NCBI GenBank assembly: GCA_041691275.1
Contig: JBEPUZ010000003.1
Coordinates: 8,499-72,498 of the forward strand
DNA: 64,000 bases
Source: Actinomycetota bacterium
GTDB taxonomy: Bacteria; Actinomycetota; Acidimicrobiia; IMCC26256; PALSA-610
Reading direction: 5' to 3'
Positions within the stretch are counted from its first letter, which is position 1, and every line of letters starts with the position of its first letter. This document shows, piece by piece, positions 60,376 through 64,000 of this stretch. The position numbers were made by a program, and so were the translations under genes. A model generated the notes under the pieces. The model was not told where the DNA came from and searched no databases. It saw nothing but the letters and a program-made list of their open reading frames with translations.

Positions 60376-61320
60376 GTGAACCCATCGCTTGGCGATACCG
60401 AGGTGACGGCCACCGCACCGGAGCTGGTCGGGCCCGACCTCGTCGTTCCCGAGACCGCAAGCATGCTGCGTGGTCCCGACGACACGTTGAACGTCGTCTC
60501 GTCGTTGACGTTCTTCCTTCTGCACCTGCTGCCGTTCCTCGCGATCTTCACCGGGGTCACGCGCACCGCGTTGATCCTCCTGGTCGTCACGTTCACGACC
60601 CGGATGTTCTTCATCACCGCGGGCTACCACCGCTACTTCTCGCACAAGTCGTACCGGCTGAACCGGTTCTGGCAGTTCGTGTTCGCGTTCGGTGGGACGA
60701 TGGCGTCGCAGAAGGGTCCGCTCTGGTGGGCCGCGCACCATCGCAACCACCATCGGTTCTCCGACTCCGAGCGCGACGTGCACTCACCCAAGCGCGGATT
60801 TTGGTGGAGTCACGTCGGTTGGATCCTCTGCGACAAGTACAACCAGGCCGACCTGACCCAGATCCGCGACTTCTCCAAGTATCCCGAGATCCGGTTCATC
60901 AACAAGCACGACTGGATCGGGCCCTGGGCGCTGGCGCTCGCGTGCACGGCCATCGGAGGCTGGAGTGGCCTGCTGATCGGGTTCTTCCTCTCAACCGTGT
61001 TGCTGTGGCACGTCACGTTCACCGTGAACTCCGTCGCCCACGTGATGGGCCGGCGCGCCTACGAGACGACCGACACGAGTCGCAACACGTTGCTCGTCGC
61101 GCTCGCGACCGGAGGCGAGGGTTGGCACAACAACCATCACCGCTACCCGTGGGCCGCGCGCCAGGGATTCCGCTGGTGGCAGATCGACGTGACGTACTAC
61201 GTGCTGCGGATACTGAGCTGGGTCGGGATCGTGCACGACCTGAAGCCCGTACCGCCTGCGATCATCGAGGAAGCGCGCGTCGCCAAGGCTCGACGTCGAG
61301 CTTCGGGTACTTCTCTTTAG
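60376..61320 (+). CDS. membrane acyl-CoA (delta-9-type) fatty acid desaturase
   Basis: Three His boxes: HRYFSH, HRNHHRF and GEGWHNNHHRYP. TM segments in the N-terminal half. GTG start. Confidence 0.9.
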   Translation: MNPSLGDTEVTATAPELVGPDLVVPETASMLRGPDDTLNVVSSLTFFLLHLLPFLAIFTGVTRTALILLVVTFTTRMFFITAGYHRYFSHKSYRLNRFWQFVFAFGGTMASQKGPLWWAAHHRNHHRFSDSERDVHSPKRGFWWSHVGWILCDKYNQADLTQIRDFSKYPEIRFINKHDWIGPWALALACTAIGGWSGLLIGFFLSTVLLWHVTFTVNSVAHVMGRRAYETTDTSRNTLLVALATGGEGWHNNHHRYPWAARQGFRWWQIDVTYYVLRILSWVGIVHDLKPVPPAIIEEARVAKARRRASGTSL

Positions 61321-62215
61321 TCTGCTCGACGAGCTCCGCGGTCCACACCGGGTGCCCCGGCGGCGGGAAACCGAGTAGCTCGAGATCACGCGGCGTCGAC
61401 ATCTCGACGAACTGCACCCACGACGGATGGGTCGCGTTCGACTGTGCGGTGTGGTATCCGATCCAGTCGGTACCCGCGACTTTGTAGCTCACGTTCAACA
61501 GGTAGCGATGGCTCCCGGGTCGCTTCAGATCCGTGCCGCGATGAAAAACATCGGGCCGGTACACAAGCAGCGAGCCCCGCACTCCCTTCGCCGAACGCTC
61601 ACTCGCGTACAGCTTCGGATCGCCGTCGGGCATATACATGTTGTTCGTCGAGCGACCGACGGAATCCCGGCGCCGGACGAGACTCGTCGGCGCAGCGCCT
61701 TCGTCGACGTCACTCAGGTACAAGAACGACTCGACGTGCCACCACGGCGGCTCCATGCGCGGCGGAAGGAACGAGTGGTTGCGGTCGGTGTGCATCGGCT
61801 GCTCAAAGTTTGCATCGCCTGCGTACTTCGCACTCACCTGGTTCTGGTACATCCGTAGATCGGTGTTCTCGAGTGCACGTTCCATGAAGTCGATGATCGA
61901 AGGGTGCACACACAGGCGACTCAACGCACCGCTGCCGTAGTACGGGAACTCCTTGGCGAACCGGTGCTGTTCCGGACGGAACGCCGGACCGGTCTTCGGC
62001 ATCTCCGGATAGCCGCGGTTGAGCACCGCGTTGCTGCGGCCGGGCGGCCAGTTGCCTTCCGGATCGGCGTGGAACTTCTCGGGATCGGGGAAGCAATACC
62101 GGAGGTCGGCCGTCGCCGCGTCGATGTCGTCGGTCGCGACGAGTCCTTCGAGCAGGATCCATCCGTCTTCCTTCCATGCCGCGACCTCTTCGTCGCGCGC
62201 AATCCGCCCGTTCAT
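61262..62215 (-). CDS. phytanoyl-CoA dioxygenase (PhyH) family Fe(II)/2-oxoglutarate oxygenase
   Basis: Start at ATG 62215 (MNGRIARDEEVAAWKEDGWILLEG) with a GGAGG SD 5 nt upstream. HxD in QPMHTDRNH and a distal His in VYRPDVFHRG. Confidence 0.8.
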   Translation of the reverse strand: MNGRIARDEEVAAWKEDGWILLEGLVATDDIDAATADLRYCFPDPEKFHADPEGNWPPGRSNAVLNRGYPEMPKTGPAFRPEQHRFAKEFPYYGSGALSRLCVHPSIIDFMERALENTDLRMYQNQVSAKYAGDANFEQPMHTDRNHSFLPPRMEPPWWHVESFLYLSDVDEGAAPTSLVRRRDSVGRSTNNMYMPDGDPKLYASERSAKGVRGSLLVYRPDVFHRGTDLKRPGSHRYLLNVSYKVAGTDWIGYHTAQSNATHPSWVQFVEMSTPRDLELLGFPPPGHPVWTAELVEQTKEKYPKLDVEPWRRALPR

Positions 62216-62299
62216 TTCGCCTCCATGTTGCGTGCTGCCTCGAAGCTCCGGCCGAGAACCGGGCGGCACACCTTGCCACGGCGGATTACCCTCGACCGC

Positions 62300-62416
62300 A
62301 TGGCCGACAAGTCACCCAAGAAGTCGAACAGCAAAAAAGCCGGAAAGACCCTGAAGGAGAAGCGCGCCGACAAGCAGTCCAAGCGCGACGACAAGCCCCG
62401 GGGTCTCGGGAACTGA
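62300..62416 (+). CDS. possible 38-aa lysine-rich micro-protein
   Basis: MADKSPKKSNSKKAGKTLKEKRADKQSKRDDKPRGLGN. It occupies the otherwise empty gap between two genes. No clear SD. Confidence 0.35.
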   Translation: MADKSPKKSNSKKAGKTLKEKRADKQSKRDDKPRGLGN

Positions 62417-62512
62417 GCTCGGCGTTGTGATCTGATCTCCTGGGCCCGACGCCGCGCGCGGTGTCGGCGAGATGCCGCGTTCGCGCGCACGGGCGCGAGT
62501 ACCTTCGGGCAG

Positions 62513-64000
62513 GTGCTGACCGGAAAACTACGTAGCCGGCGCACGGTGTTCTGCGCCATCGCGCTCACGGTGAGTGGCGTCTCCACCCCACTCGCGAGTT
62601 GGTCGTCCGCATCGGCGACCGGCATCACCGCGCAGACGATCACCTTCGCGCCCATTCCCGACAAGACGATGCTCGACTCGGCCTTCACAGTGATGGCAAC
62701 GTCGTCATCGGGTCTCGGCGTGACCTTCAAGTCGATCACGGCCGCGGTCTGCTCGACGTCCGGCATCAATCACCAGATCGTGGCGCCGGAAGCTCCCGGC
62801 GTGTGCACCATCGAGGCCGACCAGGCCGGAAACGACACCTACGCGGCGGCCACGCAGCAGATCAGCTTCAACGTCGTCAAGGCGCCGCAGACGATCACGT
62901 TCGCGCCGCTGCCCGACGTCGCGTTGAGCATCGGATTCGTTTTCGTCACCGCATCGGCGTCGAGCTTTCGCGCCGTGACCTTCACGACGACCACTGCGAC
63001 CGTCTGCACCGCGGGCAACGACGGCGAGATCGATCTGCATTCGGCGGGAACCTGCACCGTGCATGCCGATCAGGCCGGAACCGACCTCGTCGGGCCGGCC
63101 CCGACGGTGTCGCGCAGCTTCGGCGTCGGCCGGTCGGAGCAGGCGATCACGTTCAACTCGATCACGGATCACCCAGTCAGCGATTCACCGGTGATGCTCA
63201 CCGCGTCGGCCACCTCGCTTCTCCCGGTCACGTTCTCGGTGCCGAACACGACAACCGTCTGCTCGGTGACCGGCGCGACCGTCACGCTGACGACGGCCGG
63301 CAGTTGTTCGGTGCAGGCCGATCAGATCGGCAACGACAGCTACAGCGCGGCACCTTCGATCACGCGCACGTTCACCGTCACTCAGGAATCGCAGACGATC
63401 ACGTTCGCGGTGCTGCCGGGCAAGAACGTGACCGACCCGCCGTTCTCGGTTTCCGCGGCCGCGTCGTCGCTCCTCCTCGTCGTCTTCACCACGACGACGA
63501 GGACGGTGTGCACCGCGAGCGGCACCACGATCACGATCCTCGTCGCGGGTACCTGCACCGTGGAAGCGGATCAACCCGGCAACGCCACGTTCGGCCCGGC
63601 CGACGCCGCGTTCCAGAGCTTCGTCGTTTCCAAGATCGACCAGACGATCACGTTCGCGGCGTTGGCGGGTCGCTCGCTCGCGCAGTCGCCGGTCACGCTG
63701 ACCGCCACCGCGTCGTCGGCGCTTCCGGTCACGTTCACGTCGCAGCTTCCCGCGGTGTGCACAGTCTCCGGCGCGACCGTGACGCTCGTCGCGGTCGGGA
63801 CATGCACGATCCAGGCCGACCAGGCCGGTAACGACCGCTACAACGCCTCGCCCCCTCTCCAGCAGCCGTTCACCGTGACGGCGGCCCCGAAGACCGATCA
63901 GACGATCACGTTCGCGGCGCTGGCCGACGTGGCGGTCAACGGAACATTGACCGCGGTGGCGACCGCGTCGTCCGGCCTCACCGTGACGTTCAGCAGCACG
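62513..64000 (+). CDS. secreted protein built of tandem ~84-aa Ig-like repeats (partial, continues past the window end)
   Basis: Not in the supplied track because there is no stop in the window. Frame open from 62417. GTG 62513 gives the signal peptide VLTGKLRSRRTVFCAIALTVSGVSTPLASWSSASA. Six repeats start at 62633, 62888, 63140, 63392, 63641 and 63899. Each reads QTITF..(L/I)......(F/V).(V/L).A(T/S)(A/S)SS.L.V.F......VC(T/S)..G..(V/I).L...G(T/S)C(T/S)(V/I).ADQ.GN..Y..A. Confidence 0.75.
   Translation, partial: MLTGKLRSRRTVFCAIALTVSGVSTPLASWSSASATGITAQTITFAPIPDKTMLDSAFTVMATSSSGLGVTFKSITAAVCSTSGINHQIVAPEAPGVCTIEADQAGNDTYAAATQQISFNVVKAPQTITFAPLPDVALSIGFVFVTASASSFRAVTFTTTTATVCTAGNDGEIDLHSAGTCTVHADQAGTDLVGPAPTVSRSFGVGRSEQAITFNSITDHPVSDSPVMLTASATSLLPVTFSVPNTTTVCSVTGATVTLTTAGSCSVQADQIGNDSYSAAPSITRTFTVTQESQTITFAVLPGKNVTDPPFSVSAAASSLLLVVFTTTTRTVCTASGTTITILVAGTCTVEADQPGNATFGPADAAFQSFVVSKIDQTITFAALAGRSLAQSPVTLTATASSALPVTFTSQLPAVCTVSGATVTLVAVGTCTIQADQAGNDRYNASPPLQQPFTVTAAPKTDQTITFAALADVAVNGTLTAVATASSGLTVTFSST

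Noticed and set aside
62599-63831. 410-aa plus-strand ORF, and minus-strand ORFs 62212..62769, 62705..63172, 63185..63574
   Set aside because: They are off-frame or antisense reads of the Ig-like repeat gene. The repeat structure, Cys pairs and signal peptide appear only in the frame starting at 62513.

Overview
The window is a high-GC chromosomal stretch with strong G/C preference at third codon positions. Gene content and order look actinobacterial, and most of it is core housekeeping.

Conserved blocks:
- eno-ftsB-DUF501-ppx
- mfd / pth-rplY / prs-glmU-tRNA-Gln
- metG-tatD-rsmA-ispE, chained by GTGA overlaps
- the Actinobacteria-type micro ribosomal protein genes bS22 and bL37

Interspersed accessory genes:
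- lipid and acyl-CoA metabolism: two AMP-ligases, crotonase, ACAD, WS/DGAT, thioesterase, desaturase, PhyH-like dioxygenase, epoxide-hydrolase-like hydrolase
- a LIV-type ABC transporter with a fused permease
- a Rieske oxygenase and an OYE flavoreductase
- two SPFH proteins
- a YcnI / unknown membrane protein / CopC-CopD copper-type locus
- an orn / GGDEF / HDOD cluster
- a secreted protein made of tandem Ig-like repeats that runs off the 3' end

I found 1 tRNA (Gln-UUG). I found no rRNA, CRISPR array, intact IS element, integrase, prophage or recognisable defence system.

The observations I consider most worth following up:
1. A stand-alone TnpB-like N-terminal domain ORF with no RuvC part, divergent from an Rrf2 regulator.
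2. A copper-type locus in which all three exported proteins are predicted to mature with an N-terminal His. One of them is an uncharacterised ectodomain-5TM-SCP2 fusion.
3. A YchF paralog with degenerate G1 and G3 nucleotide-binding motifs, back-to-back with bL37.
4. A tandem array of about 49 bp palindrome-bearing repeats between convergent genes.

All family assignments come from motif recognition by eye. No searches or computations beyond manual counting were run. Many long arginine-rich ORFs in the six-frame track are antisense or off-frame artefacts typical of high-GC DNA.
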